Notes: generated by a model not told the origin, from the letters alone. 64,000 nt of DNA from a virus (IMGVR_UViG_3300034101_003783:1-64000); one strand, 5' to 3'. Numbered from the stretch's first letter, positions 11,301 through 22,148 are shown. Translations and numbers: made by a program.

Positions 11301-14300
11301 TATAATTATCAAACATATTTAATCCATTATAAAAGACATTCATGTCATTTATTAATTTTGGGTAAAACCCTAAATTCATTTGAGTGGCACTTAAAAATCC
11401 TGAAACAACGTCTCTTTGTAATGATATTTCAGTTGGTGCATTTGTTAGGGTTGAGTATCCTGAAATATTATATATTTTAGATATGTTCTGTGTTATTGGG
11501 TCATAATTATTGGTATAATCAAAGTTATCCCAAGGAACGGTCATAAAATCAAATCCAGTTTCTATCCAATTTTTATATCTGTGCCATATTGATCCATATT
11601 TTAAAACCCAAGCATATGGAAGTCTGTGTACTGAACCAAATTTTTTAAATGTTGCAAACATATAATCTAAATCACTAACATTACCTGTAATAAGTGATTT
11701 ATATTTTTCCTTTAATGTTGTTAAAGGTAATGAATTTAAAAAAAGATAAGCGGCTTCTTTATAAGGATATTGATTGTTATTTCTAAAATTATCAACCCCT
11801 TTTGATATTGCATTAACAAAATAAGGTGTATTTAATATTGAAGTTGTTTGGGTATCTATCAATTCATTCTCATATTCCACATAATTTATAGTTCCTTCGG
11901 TTATAAACTGTTTATCATAATTTTCACTTCTTTCTTTATAAAAGTCAAATAGATTTTGTTTTGATAATATGTTTACAGTAGGATCCGGTATTGCACTTGT
12001 ATAAAAATATGTAAAGGGTCTAACAAAATTTTGATTACTACCATCTAAAAAGTTAGCGGTTTGGACTATTGTAGTATTATAAAAAATTGTTTTGTTTGTG
12101 TTAAACGCTTTTTTTATGTCTCCGCTCACTGTTAATGAATTGGCCAAATTATTATTAACCCAATTAACATTAACATACGGATAAGTATCTGTCACATCAA
12201 ATTCATTGTTTTTTGTAGATAAAAGAAAATTACTAACATTAGTTGATCCTCCAACTAAAGGTTGTGTTGGTGGTTCATATGTTGATAAATAAAAGGGATT
12301 TTCAGTAATACTTTTAAGGTATCCAGTATTATAAATTCCTCTTCTAAAATTTTGCCAACTTTCTCCATTACCTTCGTTTGATATGTGTTTTAATATTAAC
12401 TCAAAATTAAGAGCATTAAAGTTATAATTTTTTAATAGTTGTATTAAAAATGGGTTATCTGTTCCTAAACCATTCTTAATGTTTTGTACTTCCATTTCCA
12501 TAATAGAACTAAAAACACTATTATCATTACTTCCTTGCCTATTTAACTTAGAATAAAACGCATATGTTAGTATTCTTTCATAAATTTCATATATAAATTT
12601 AACGTCTTCTGTACTTGAAAATAATTCATATGTTAGTGGGTATTCAATTGTATTTAAAGAAGTATATGGTAAATTTAATTGTTGATTTTGAGTTACAATA
12701 AAATTTGCATTTACGTTTCTTTGTGTAAACCCATACAAATATTCTTCTATAAATTCAACTTCAGGCCAAATATTATAATCATTTGATCCTGTTTCAGACG
12801 GATAATCTCCAGGGTATTTAATCTGATATGTTGTTTTATTAGGGTTTGAATTATCTTCAACAATAAATTGAGGCCAAGGAAAAACAGGGGAATTGGCTCT
12901 TGATATTTTTGGTCTATCTACAGAAGCACTATTTGATATAGAATCTAATATGGCTTTTCTTCTTGTTGGGTCGTCTCTTTTGTTCCACGCATTTTTATGA
13001 ACCTCATCTAATATTCTTAAAAATGCCTCAGCGTTTGCCATAATAACACCAACCATATTTTTTATTGTTGGTTTAAAACCTAAATTTAACTCTAACGTAT
13101 CTTTTAATGCATTAGTTAATTCATTTTCAATTTCAGTTTTTTTAGTTTTTAATTCTTTTTCTAAATCATTTATTTTTTCTATAAACTTTTTACTTCCTTG
13201 ATAAAAACCATCAAAAACAAAATAATCAGGTTTAGTATTTGTTAATTCATTATTAATATCGGTTTTATATTTAACAAAATTAGGGTCTGTATCTCCTGTT
13301 GGTGATGAGTTATAAACAAACTGATATGATTGTTTATAGTCTATAGGGTCTGTAGGTATAATCTGACTATCATTTCTATCAAAATAAAAATCATTTAAAG
13401 ATATATCTACGGGTATTTCTGAATTTGTTTCTTTTCCGGCAATAATATACTTTCCACCATTACCAAAGGTTGCGTTTAATTCTAAATCTTTTAAATTACT
13501 ATTTATTAAATTTTCTAATTCAGTTATTGCGTTAGCCCTTTTTCCGACATCTTTTTGTATTTCTTCTTTAAGTCTAAAATTACTTATAAAACTCACAGAA
13601 TTGGTATTATTAACTGAACTAATAATTAACGGTCCCTGTATGTATAGATTCTTGTTGTACCAAGAATCTTTATCATAATAAATTTTATTTTTAAATTCTG
13701 TAAGTTGATTTAAATATAATTCACAATTTGTTAAAGCACTTAAAGATTCTTGATTTTGATAATTATTTAGTATATCAGTTATAAATGTTTTTAATTTTTC
13801 TTTAAATTCATAAACAGTAAATTCAGGTAAATTTTCGTCTATTAATTTTTTTTTCTTATATTCTTTATAAACTTCTCTTATTTTTTGATAACCTCTTGTT
13901 AGTTTTGATGTTGTTGAAACATTGTTTTGTGTTACAACGTTTGGTGTTGATGTAATAGTTGCATTAGCCTGATACATATGTGGTAATGCTAATGTGTCTG
14001 AAAGACTAATATCTTGTAGTATTGTAAATTGGTAAGGTTGGAATTTTAGGTCTATATTAAAACTTCCTGATTCCGCATCAAACCTACTTTTAAAATCTAA
14101 AAGTTGTAATTTATATTGTATTGCCTTACCATACCAACCCTTAATGGTTAAGGTAAATGGTGGATATGGAAATTGAAAAAAAACCGCATATGGTGAGTTA
14201 TCTGCCAATTCAAATAAAGCTCTACCTCTAATGTCAACTAAAGATACGGAAACTTCTGTCTTAAGACTTAACTGTGTGTTAACTCTTATGCTTCTTATTC

Positions 14301-14733
14301 CTAATAATCCAGTATCTGTTGTTTGATTTTTACCTTCACTTAAAAAAGTTTGATTTAAATAAAATTCATTTGAATTTTTTGGGTTATTCACCGCAGTCTG
14401 ACTTGGTTGATTTACCCCTTGTCCTTGTAAAGTTCCTTTACCTGTTATTTGATCGGTATAAGAGTTATCTAAAAATTTTTTATTTCCAGGATTTAAAAAA
14501 TTAATAGTTGCTATTGATAAATTTTGTAAATCAGTATTATTAGGTGTTGCTCCAATAATTAATTTAGTTCTAGGTAAAACCTTACATTCTAAATTAGCAT
14601 ACATTACTAAATTTTCATGTCTTACTGCTCGTTCTTTAACATTACCATCATTGTCTATAATTTTATTTGGATCTATAATTATTATATTTTGGTAATCAAA
14701 ATCTACTAAAATATTTTCATTTTCAATCGCCAT
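8323..14733 (-). CDS. Very large baseplate hub-like virion protein (gp27/gpD-type fold with long insertions)
   Basis: 2136 aa; N-terminal VSLVDIRG..F..PYPPF.LTIKGWYG; CDVSMMGNALIQP..F.L..VPMFSGPYQI.NVSHTISPG.F.T.F.G.R resembles the gpD/gp27 C-terminus; follows the LysM gene. Confidence 0.65.
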   Translation of the reverse strand: MAIENENILVDFDYQNIIIIDPNKIIDNDGNVKERAVRHENLVMYANLECKVLPRTKLIIGATPNNTDLQNLSIATINFLNPGNKKFLDNSYTDQITGKGTLQGQGVNQPSQTAVNNPKNSNEFYLNQTFLSEGKNQTTDTGLLGIRSIRVNTQLSLKTEVSVSLVDIRGRALFELADNSPYAVFFQFPYPPFTLTIKGWYGKAIQYKLQLLDFKSRFDAESGSFNIDLKFQPYQFTILQDISLSDTLALPHMYQANATITSTPNVVTQNNVSTTSKLTRGYQKIREVYKEYKKKKLIDENLPEFTVYEFKEKLKTFITDILNNYQNQESLSALTNCELYLNQLTEFKNKIYYDKDSWYNKNLYIQGPLIISSVNNTNSVSFISNFRLKEEIQKDVGKRANAITELENLINSNLKDLELNATFGNGGKYIIAGKETNSEIPVDISLNDFYFDRNDSQIIPTDPIDYKQSYQFVYNSSPTGDTDPNFVKYKTDINNELTNTKPDYFVFDGFYQGSKKFIEKINDLEKELKTKKTEIENELTNALKDTLELNLGFKPTIKNMVGVIMANAEAFLRILDEVHKNAWNKRDDPTRRKAILDSISNSASVDRPKISRANSPVFPWPQFIVEDNSNPNKTTYQIKYPGDYPSETGSNDYNIWPEVEFIEEYLYGFTQRNVNANFIVTQNQQLNLPYTSLNTIEYPLTYELFSSTEDVKFIYEIYERILTYAFYSKLNRQGSNDNSVFSSIMEMEVQNIKNGLGTDNPFLIQLLKNYNFNALNFELILKHISNEGNGESWQNFRRGIYNTGYLKSITENPFYLSTYEPPTQPLVGGSTNVSNFLLSTKNNEFDVTDTYPYVNVNWVNNNLANSLTVSGDIKKAFNTNKTIFYNTTIVQTANFLDGSNQNFVRPFTYFYTSAIPDPTVNILSKQNLFDFYKERSENYDKQFITEGTINYVEYENELIDTQTTSILNTPYFVNAISKGVDNFRNNNQYPYKEAAYLFLNSLPLTTLKEKYKSLITGNVSDLDYMFATFKKFGSVHRLPYAWVLKYGSIWHRYKNWIETGFDFMTVPWDNFDYTNNYDPITQNISKIYNISGYSTLTNAPTEISLQRDVVSGFLSATQMNLGFYPKLINDMNVFYNGLNMFDNYTDLEIQENIDNKNLYLNFSNNSLLNYDFGFDNSDPNRALKISTFFTLLKDDNGSNYFITPSFGSSFNQTKYECFTGPDGQQKLKTEVKNNPAVFNGSVRMFWALPNYGYFDNNRLAINSPDEYLKTILLDKEKQQNFSINGDTTKYSKIDEIFSVFERGILDLFEEHFLNFSKSKYDYINIIKTPQGSPSAEDSILIKYRNFQLLATEMFKIPESIFIGETNSDIVISKIRGQQIVSIYDIVNKFINYDMLFNNGNPSCYNKRVFYSFTDLPLVDKIRPKSYNLDTPYALPSINGTTTLAQSQNAYPDEWRALETYVGFSTIPQLIYSNTGSFITDFFIDLDISFSVENIKDFAPIIKIYATQKLNDNTFNEFKLRESLKNYFESCNLFKNNIINTLMPEVLKNLPTQTITPVPNKANYTGNIGRIETWEKIKSVNDKWIAGNDYKENSLFEDFLFLDRASRNIGGEVYCDVVLWKDKLEGLILKNPDMQLLMMLKDLIVASGFNVQDYAGYVNYYDVNDVTVRPNPSNQGSTSIANDIFGTFLNVDYRNSKTKMVCTFANEASKNLDIPNSDFRNDVFQLNRQSENPLIENQSKKQDWGQSNKLVAFNMDIGRQNQGIFNSFDVNMNSGQKTAEEIKMLEYTANQAGGINVTPQSQSMYNLYKYRVYTCDVSMMGNALIQPKMYFNLRNVPMFSGPYQIQNVSHTISPGIFSTTFSGTRQPVYEISTQDSYLQTIYKNFVTPLLTKVKTEVSANISTNIIAQQTSKVETIGGPQNTVNTQSNCGQLLKSPFDVFTYTASTATSVSPSGIATTIKSVVDVLFNNNVSNNNIALRYFTFIIGYISNGDKANNKFLINSYNFGNIPLDQKYDITNSDYINKVTKNYFCQTSGNGSPKPIAAFNSIKDSIQVLSNRFYTFANGGDPFLSNLTQAILTSSTPPQSVIEGFAKLYIKYWPNEVKDDVYNLLQKTDKDLLSKEITEAINFANQLNLGS

Positions 14734-15046
14734 AATAAAAATAATAATTTTCTATTGCATTTTTATAATCTTGTAGTGATCCAACTAATGGAAATGGAAC
14801 ACGTAAAATTGATCCGTCGGGTATATTCCATTCTTCACCACCAAATTGTGGATTTGCCAACAATATTAACCAACCAAAAAATGGTGTTCCATAATATTGT
14901 TGTGAAATTTTATCAAGTCTGGATTGTCCGACTTTATAAATATAGTTCTTATCTGACGGTTTTGTATCTAATTTTACAAAAGGAACAATATTTTGTTCTC
15001 CATTTATTAAAAATTGATTATATCTATTATAATACTGTAGTCCCAT
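14723..15046 (-). CDS. LysM-type baseplate wedge protein (gp53/P2 gpX-like)
   Basis: YKVGQSRLDKISQQYYGTP..GWLILLANP...IPDGSILRVP. Confidence 0.8.
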   Translation of the reverse strand: MGLQYYNRYNQFLINGEQNIVPFVKLDTKPSDKNYIYKVGQSRLDKISQQYYGTPFFGWLILLANPQFGGEEWNIPDGSILRVPFPLVGSLQDYKNAIENYYFYYGD

Positions 15047-15047
15047 T

Positions 15048-18000
15048 TTAATTTAACTTAACTTTACCATTAAAGGTTTTTTTATCGTTATCCCAATTTG
15101 TTTGTCCGTATATCTGAGTTATTTCTTTTTTCTTATCATTAGTTAACCCATCATTACTGTTTAAGGGTTGGGTATTATATAATAGCCTTCTATTAGTACT
15201 ATCTTCTAATTTAAAGGTTTTTAGTTTTAAAAATTCAGTATTATTAGATCCTTCTTTCATTCTTAATTTATCTTTAGAATACGCTTCTTCATATAAAACT
15301 TTTAATGAATCTAATCTAGATGTTAAATCTTCTCTAGCTCCGGGTATTGCCTCTACTTCTGGTGTAGAGACAAACTCAACAAATAATAATTCATATTTAT
15401 CTTTATTTGTAAATGTTTGTGATAGTAAAGTATAAAATCTTTTACCTTCATCTGTAAATATATTAGATAATGAGTATTCTGTAGTTTCAAAACATTTTTC
15501 GTTATCATAAAATTGTGAGGTTGGTGAGGGTACTATTTTAGTTGCGTTTTCTAAGTTGGCATAATCATTTAAAGTTTTTGCGACTGTTAAATATTCTGTG
15601 ATTAATTTATCAAATACCGTAGCGTCTCCTGTTAAATTATAGATTTTAACATTACCATCAGGTAATATTTTACCATCAAGTCCTGTTAATGTTTGTACGT
15701 TACCTAATTTTTTAGTCGTAACTACATTAAGTTTATTAAAAGTTTTTATTAAATTTTGTTCGGTATCCACAATTGTATTTATTGGTTGGGCAATATCTCT
15801 TATTATTTCTTTTTCAACGCTCTCAACATATTTTTTTAATTTTGATTTTGTATCCCTAATTATGTTATCTTTATCCGCTAAAGATGGTATATCTAAAAAT
15901 ATAGTTATTATAGGATTTGTATCATTATTAATGTCTTCTTTTATTTTACTACTTAATTTATTTATTCTTTTTTCAAAATCATTTGGTTTACCATATAATT
16001 TAGTATCAACTAAACTAGCGGTATTTGTTATTGTATTACCTGATTTATAATTTCTTTCATAATTTACTAATTGGAACATGCTATAATTAAACTGATCAAC
16101 TATGGTATTATATTGATTATTGGTTATATTAATAAAGTCTCTTGTTTGATCTGATAATTGAGTATATATTTTTGTATAATCAATATCACCACTCTCAGTT
16201 TCACCACTTTTTATAGTAGTTAAAACAGTTCCTATTGTTTCTCCACCATCATTTGATTGTTCATTATTAACTGTTTGATTAGCAATTGCTTTATCAACTA
16301 ATTCTAAAAGTGCCAAGTTTAACTCAGTTTCCTCAGCCCTTTCATCGTACATTTCTGTATTAGCATAGAAGTTAAATGATAATGCGTTTTGTAAAGTTTC
16401 AACAGGTCTTGCTAATCCGTGTCCTCCAATAAATTTTAAATCTAAACTAACACTTACAATCATGGGTTGAACTCCAATTCCTTCGGGATTTATATCAAAA
16501 AACGGTGCCTCATAAGTTATTGATAGTGCTCCTGGTATTGCTTTAGTATGATAAAAGTCACCCACTCTTATAACCAATACAGGTGGTGCGCCAAATGTTG
16601 TGTTTAACGCATCATCATATTTTGGTCTACCGTCACTACCAATAACAGGTATTGTTTGTCCAGGTCTAACACATTGATTTAAAAATGTTAACCTAGCATT
16701 TAGACCTTCAGGTGTCATTGAGTGAAATGCCGGATTAAAGAATTTTAATTTATCTTTTAATGTTTCAAAAACCATTGGGTCGTTGTCTTTTAATAGTTCA
16801 AAATAATCACATTCGGTTAATAGTCTTCTTATTATTTTTTTACCTATAGCTTGTTTTAATTTATCTTGTATATCTGTATTTGGTTGTGGTTTAACTGCTT
16901 GTGGGTTTTGTTGATCAGGAGAACTTTGGTTTTTATTATTTTCTTCTTCAGGGTCTTTATTTGATAAATCGTCAACTATAGTTATCTTACTTATAATAGC
17001 ACAATTTACCGCCAAATTAGGATAACTATTGTTTTTTTGTTGTTGTGTTAAAGTTGTAACTGATGTTTGTGGTGATACTATAGTTTGATTAGTATTAAAA
17101 GAAGCCCCTGGTTGTGGTTGTGTCGGATTAACATAATTTTTAACCGTATTTTTAGTTAGTGTTCCTCCTATTGTTATTGTTAATTTTTTATTATCTATTT
17201 CTGTTTTTAATTTTTCAGTTAAAAATGTTTTTACTGATTCTGAAAACTGTTGATTTCTTCCTTCAATTTTTAAATCTATTATATTTTTGTTTGATATTAT
17301 GTCTTTTAATCCTCCTATAAACTCATTGTTTATTGCACTATAATTACTTTTTACTATATTATTTATAAAAACAGTTGTATTAGTCTTTTTATAATCTGTT
17401 GCTGATCCCCCTACAACACTACATTCGTCCGGAGAAAGTTGTGTAATTGTGTTAACATCCGATATATATTTATTTATTTGTTGTTCAAAATTTATATTAG
17501 TTGTTGATTCAGGAGAAAAATAAAATCCTATTCCTTCATAATTCAAACTAAAGTTTTTTTCCGCTTCAGGCGTATTACCTATAGTACTAGCATTTTCTGG
17601 TGATGTGTTTTCAGAAGGGATTTCATTTTGTATTTGTTCTAATTCTTCGGGAGTTAACCTTGGGTCATTAAGTAAGTTTTGATACATTTCAAGTTCTCTT
17701 AATGGTAACGTATTAAACTTTGCTGCTAATTCATAAAGGTCATATTTTGTACATCCAGCAATAAATGATTTAACAACCTGATCAAACTTTTCTTTACCTA
17801 ACTTTTCTAATTGTTTGTTCGCTAATAGATTCATTATTGATGGGTGGTCAACAACAATTTTAAAACCTAACTTACCCGATCTACTAGTGTTTTTATATGT
17901 GTATACAGGTTCAGGTCTTCCTAAAAATGATACTTCATCAAAAGAAGCAGAACTACCGTCATTGAATGTGACATCATATGGAGGAAACCACATAATTCTA

Positions 18001-19895
18001 CCTCCATTTGGTCCTCTTTCACATAGCGGTAATTCATCAACCGTAAAACCAGGTCTATCAGAAGTTCTCCAAGCTAAATTTTCAATTGATATCATATATT
18101 TTTTTGCCCCTTTTGAAGTTACATTAGTAGAACCAATCCCCTTTATTGGTGCAATATTTAAATTATATGTTTTATCAAGCACAGAATAAGAAAACCTTCT
18201 ATTTTCTGTTGTCATACCTTCTGACTTTTGTAAATCGTTAAATGTATAATATGGCGTATCTTTAGTAAACAACCTACAATATTCTATACCTGCCTCCTCT
18301 CCTGTTGCATTATCAACATAAGACATTATTTTAGAACCTTTTGTTATTTCTCTATAACCATCATGAAAAACTTTACTTACTTGATTAATAGCATTACCTG
18401 CATGTTTTAATCTTCTCTTACCGAATAGATTATCTGCAGAATTTATTAGTCTTTGTGTATTATCGAGTATTGACCCTTGTTTTAAACCAAAATTTGTTGA
18501 TTCATTAAAAAGATATGATGAACTTATTTGGTTAAACTCTTCATCTATAGTTGCGAGATCTCCACCTTTTTTAACTTTATAACCGGCTGCTTCTTTAAAT
18601 CTTGGTGATGTCCAAACAAATCCTCCGTCAGGTTTTCCTCCGTTCTCCGTTGAGATTCCGTTTAATCCAAAAAATGCCTGTTCCATTCCAGGTCCTTCAT
18701 ATTGATTTCCAACCTCATCGGGACCAAAAACAATTGCGTTTGTTAGCTTACCATAAGAATTAATAGGCACCGCGTTTACTGGTGAAGTTATAAATTCAGG
18801 TCTATTTACATCAGAACCAACATAATAACCTCCACTTAAAGAAGCACCAACAGATTTTAATATAGAGTTAACTCCAGTTAAAACGGCGTTACCCAAACCT
18901 CCTATCTCATATGAAGGTCTATAAATATTTTTATTTAATAATGTATATAATGTCGATATTTGACCTGCTCCTGTTTGTTCTAACAAACCTTTAGATGGTT
19001 GTAAAAGTCTACTTGACCCATCTGCTAAAAGATTAAAAGATCCTGCTGCGGTGTTTTGTAGTACATTAGCAATTTGATTACCTGTTGATGGATTTCTATT
19101 TGAGTCTTCATCAATAAATAATGGTCCAGTTAAAGGCGATCCAGGACTAAAGTCTCCTTTTAATCTATCTAAAAATGTGACATTATTTAATGGTACTGTT
19201 ATTCTATAATCTCTACTTGTACCAACACCACTTCCAGCCAATGCGGATGTTGATGTTAGGTTTGGGGTTGTTTGTCTAAATAATTGTCTTTGTTCTTCTG
19301 CCGCAATAGAAGCATTAAAATTAGTCTCTAATTTTGTTGCAGATAACCTCATTAAGTATGAGTCGCTGGATAATGAACCATCACTACCTATAGGATTATC
19401 TTGAGTGTATAAATTATAAGGATCATACTTAGATGGTGTAAAAAATATTGGGTCAAAATATGGTTGGTGTACTTGATTGGCTATTTGATATTCAGTCACA
19501 TCAAACATTTCATTATATCCACCAATAGGTCCGTACTTATTTTTACTGTATGCAGAATCTATAAAAAATTCATTTACAATATCTAAATTTGTTTCTGAAG
19601 GATCATATTCACCCTCATTTGAAGAATTTATAATAGGGTCTTGTTGTAACCCTATGGCATTTACAAAACCACCATTAGGTCCGTATTTATTTAATGGATA
19701 AAAAGTATCGGCTTCGTTTGTTGATCCAATGTTTGGTAAATTTAAATTTGAATATTCAGATAAATTAATTTCATAATTTTGAGGACCTAAAGGTGAGCTA
19801 AATGCTCCAGACACACTATATGGTGGTAAAGTCCTCGCTATTAATGAATTTCTAAAGCTAGCACTATTTTGAAAACTTAAACTACTCTGTGGCAT
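15048..19895 (-). CDS. Large baseplate / tube-initiator virion protein
   Basis: 1615 aa; tube-like motifs WFPPY...FLGRPEPVYTYKNTSRSGKLGF and APPVLVIRVGDFY...VSLDLKFIG; lies between tape measure and LysM genes. Confidence 0.65.
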   Translation of the reverse strand: MPQSSLSFQNSASFRNSLIARTLPPYSVSGAFSSPLGPQNYEINLSEYSNLNLPNIGSTNEADTFYPLNKYGPNGGFVNAIGLQQDPIINSSNEGEYDPSETNLDIVNEFFIDSAYSKNKYGPIGGYNEMFDVTEYQIANQVHQPYFDPIFFTPSKYDPYNLYTQDNPIGSDGSLSSDSYLMRLSATKLETNFNASIAAEEQRQLFRQTTPNLTSTSALAGSGVGTSRDYRITVPLNNVTFLDRLKGDFSPGSPLTGPLFIDEDSNRNPSTGNQIANVLQNTAAGSFNLLADGSSRLLQPSKGLLEQTGAGQISTLYTLLNKNIYRPSYEIGGLGNAVLTGVNSILKSVGASLSGGYYVGSDVNRPEFITSPVNAVPINSYGKLTNAIVFGPDEVGNQYEGPGMEQAFFGLNGISTENGGKPDGGFVWTSPRFKEAAGYKVKKGGDLATIDEEFNQISSSYLFNESTNFGLKQGSILDNTQRLINSADNLFGKRRLKHAGNAINQVSKVFHDGYREITKGSKIMSYVDNATGEEAGIEYCRLFTKDTPYYTFNDLQKSEGMTTENRRFSYSVLDKTYNLNIAPIKGIGSTNVTSKGAKKYMISIENLAWRTSDRPGFTVDELPLCERGPNGGRIMWFPPYDVTFNDGSSASFDEVSFLGRPEPVYTYKNTSRSGKLGFKIVVDHPSIMNLLANKQLEKLGKEKFDQVVKSFIAGCTKYDLYELAAKFNTLPLRELEMYQNLLNDPRLTPEELEQIQNEIPSENTSPENASTIGNTPEAEKNFSLNYEGIGFYFSPESTTNINFEQQINKYISDVNTITQLSPDECSVVGGSATDYKKTNTTVFINNIVKSNYSAINNEFIGGLKDIISNKNIIDLKIEGRNQQFSESVKTFLTEKLKTEIDNKKLTITIGGTLTKNTVKNYVNPTQPQPGASFNTNQTIVSPQTSVTTLTQQQKNNSYPNLAVNCAIISKITIVDDLSNKDPEEENNKNQSSPDQQNPQAVKPQPNTDIQDKLKQAIGKKIIRRLLTECDYFELLKDNDPMVFETLKDKLKFFNPAFHSMTPEGLNARLTFLNQCVRPGQTIPVIGSDGRPKYDDALNTTFGAPPVLVIRVGDFYHTKAIPGALSITYEAPFFDINPEGIGVQPMIVSVSLDLKFIGGHGLARPVETLQNALSFNFYANTEMYDERAEETELNLALLELVDKAIANQTVNNEQSNDGGETIGTVLTTIKSGETESGDIDYTKIYTQLSDQTRDFINITNNQYNTIVDQFNYSMFQLVNYERNYKSGNTITNTASLVDTKLYGKPNDFEKRINKLSSKIKEDINNDTNPIITIFLDIPSLADKDNIIRDTKSKLKKYVESVEKEIIRDIAQPINTIVDTEQNLIKTFNKLNVVTTKKLGNVQTLTGLDGKILPDGNVKIYNLTGDATVFDKLITEYLTVAKTLNDYANLENATKIVPSPTSQFYDNEKCFETTEYSLSNIFTDEGKRFYTLLSQTFTNKDKYELLFVEFVSTPEVEAIPGAREDLTSRLDSLKVLYEEAYSKDKLRMKEGSNNTEFLKLKTFKLEDSTNRRLLYNTQPLNSNDGLTNDKKKEITQIYGQTNWDNDKKTFNGKVKLN

Positions 19896-19937
19896 TATAT
19901 AAATTTTATTTTATAAATAGAATATAGATTTGTTTTT

Positions 19938-21956
19938 TTAGTAAAAATTAAATCCTTCGATTGATTTCATACCATCTCTTAGTTTGTTTAAAAACTCAGG
20001 TTGTTTAATCGCGGTTTCTAATGTATTTTTTAAATCATTTTGATTCATATTTGTTGGTACATTTTTTAAATCAACAACCAAATCTAATTTATGATTTATA
20101 TCATTTGTTGTTTTTATTTCTTTTGGTGTTGTACTGTTTTCTTTACCTGACATCTGTGTCATCATAATCTCAGTCAAGGCCTTTTCTCTTTGTGAATCCA
20201 TTGCAGATTTAATTCCCATATTTTCCGGAATTAACAATGGTTTTGTTTCAATAGGAGATGAAATAAAAGAGTTTTGTGGCGATTTTAAAATTTCCATCAT
20301 TTTATTAACCTCTTCTTCTGTTTTTGGAAAATCTGTTCCAGCAATAATAGTATCATTTTCATTTACCTCAAAAGTCCCTTCAGGTCCTGTTAACATTCTA
20401 TTATTTCCAGGAAAACTTACAAAGTCATCCGCTTTTTTAATTTTAAAAATATCTATCAATCCATCCATCGCTATTTTAAAAGGACTTGATGTGCTTGTAA
20501 ATGCGTCACTTAAAATAGTTGTTACCGAATCAAAATTTGATGTCGCTATTTTTTGGATCCCTGTGGCTGCAGTATCTATAGTTTTTTTTGCATATTCTGT
20601 CTGTAATTCAATTGTTTTATCAAATGCCTCTCCTATTCTATCTGTGGCCGAATCTAATTTTTCAAATGTTTTTGATGATAATTTATCAATATTTTCACTT
20701 GTAGTTTTAACAAATTCTTCACCTCTGTTTGATCCAGCAATTTGACTTGTCGCAATAGTTCCAATAGCTTCAACCGCCTTAGACATTTTGGTACTAATGT
20801 CCATTTGTTGTTCAACTAATTTTGTTAAATTTTTATCCTCACCAGGTTTGGCGGCAAATGTATTTGTTATTTCTTGATTTTGTTTTTCTAAAAATTTTTG
20901 TAATTCTGTTCTTTCATAAGAATTCATGTCTTCAAGTGCCTTAGTTACTTGTTGACCGTCTTGTTCATATGTAACCTCAAACTTACCATCTTTACCTTTT
21001 GTAAGTAAATTATTAAGTTTCTCTAGTTCTTTTGAGTCTGGTGCAAGATTAAATCCTGACTTACCAATTAATTCTTTCTTTTCGGCTATTTGAGAAAAAG
21101 AAATACCCATTTTTGATAAATCCTCAGCGCCAATTCCCGCCTCTTTTGATATTTCATCTAAGAAATCCATACCAACCGCAGACATTTTTCCTGTTTCATC
21201 AACAAATTTAGATGCCATTTTTGCAATTTCTTCTTGGAGTTTTGCGGGTTCATTTCTCGCTAAAAATCTTACTCTTTCAACATTCATTAATTCTTGAGAA
21301 CCTGTGGCCCCTAATCTTGACAATGTATTAACAAATGATTGAGCCTTTTCAGGACTATATAGATCTTTAGCAGCCTTAAGTGATGTTGCCATATCAACTC
21401 TTAAAACTGCGGATTTTGCCGCCATATCGGAAAGACCCATAACTCCGTCTTTAAAATTAAACCTTTGAAGTTCCTTCATATTAGTACTCACTGACTGAGC
21501 AACTTTTTGTGCATTTACACCAATTAAATTTGCACTTTCCATAATGGAAGCCATCTCAGAATTTGACTCATGTATTGATTTACCTAAATTAGCATAATTA
21601 TCTGACAGTTCCTGTACTTTAATTCCCGTTGCAGTTGTTGTTGCAAATAAATCTGTAGTTGCGTTTTTATTTAAAACTAGTTGTGTTCCAAAAGTATTAT
21701 TTAAAGCTGTTTGTTGTTCAATAATATTAGCAACACTACCACCTAATCTTGTGATTTCTGTAAGACCTTCTGTAAGTGTTTGTTTTAAAAGAAATGCCTG
21801 TTCTCTACCCGCACCTATTGTAACTGCTAATTTTGAGAATTCTTTGTCGATACTCTCGACCATTTCTCTAATACCTGTAACATTCTTTTTTACAGCATCA
21901 GATATTGCCGCAGCATTTGTTAAAAAACTAGTTCCTCCTGTGGTAAAAAACATCAT
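19938..21956 (-). CDS. Tape measure-like protein
   Basis: 672 aa, Ala/Ser/Thr-rich helical composition; canonical position after the tail chaperone. Confidence 0.65.
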   Translation of the reverse strand: MMFFTTGGTSFLTNAAAISDAVKKNVTGIREMVESIDKEFSKLAVTIGAGREQAFLLKQTLTEGLTEITRLGGSVANIIEQQTALNNTFGTQLVLNKNATTDLFATTTATGIKVQELSDNYANLGKSIHESNSEMASIMESANLIGVNAQKVAQSVSTNMKELQRFNFKDGVMGLSDMAAKSAVLRVDMATSLKAAKDLYSPEKAQSFVNTLSRLGATGSQELMNVERVRFLARNEPAKLQEEIAKMASKFVDETGKMSAVGMDFLDEISKEAGIGAEDLSKMGISFSQIAEKKELIGKSGFNLAPDSKELEKLNNLLTKGKDGKFEVTYEQDGQQVTKALEDMNSYERTELQKFLEKQNQEITNTFAAKPGEDKNLTKLVEQQMDISTKMSKAVEAIGTIATSQIAGSNRGEEFVKTTSENIDKLSSKTFEKLDSATDRIGEAFDKTIELQTEYAKKTIDTAATGIQKIATSNFDSVTTILSDAFTSTSSPFKIAMDGLIDIFKIKKADDFVSFPGNNRMLTGPEGTFEVNENDTIIAGTDFPKTEEEVNKMMEILKSPQNSFISSPIETKPLLIPENMGIKSAMDSQREKALTEIMMTQMSGKENSTTPKEIKTTNDINHKLDLVVDLKNVPTNMNQNDLKNTLETAIKQPEFLNKLRDGMKSIEGFNFY

Positions 21957-21986
21957 AGTAATATTATTTTTATATAAATACCTATT

Positions 21987-22148
21987 TTATTGTTTTGGTT
22001 GATTCATTTCAATAACTTTATCTATCATATAATTTCTTTGATATGTAGGTATTTTTAGAAAATCAGAATATGATGTCCTAAGAAATTTTGCAAGAAAAAT
22101 GTACTGATCTAAAAGATATTGCTTATACGTTGAAGAAAGGCCGAAAAA
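21987..22148 (-). CDS. Frameshift extension of the tail assembly chaperone (G-T type), reached by a +1/-2 shift
   Basis: 53-codon open frame FFGLSSTYKQYLLDQYIFLAKFLRTSYSDFLKIPTYQRNYMIDKVIEMNQPKQ overlapping the chaperone end at GAC-TTT-TTT-CGG; no 5' ATG. Confidence 0.7.
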   Translation of the reverse strand, partial: FFGLSSTYKQYLLDQYIFLAKFLRTSYSDFLKIPTYQRNYMIDKVIEMNQPKQ

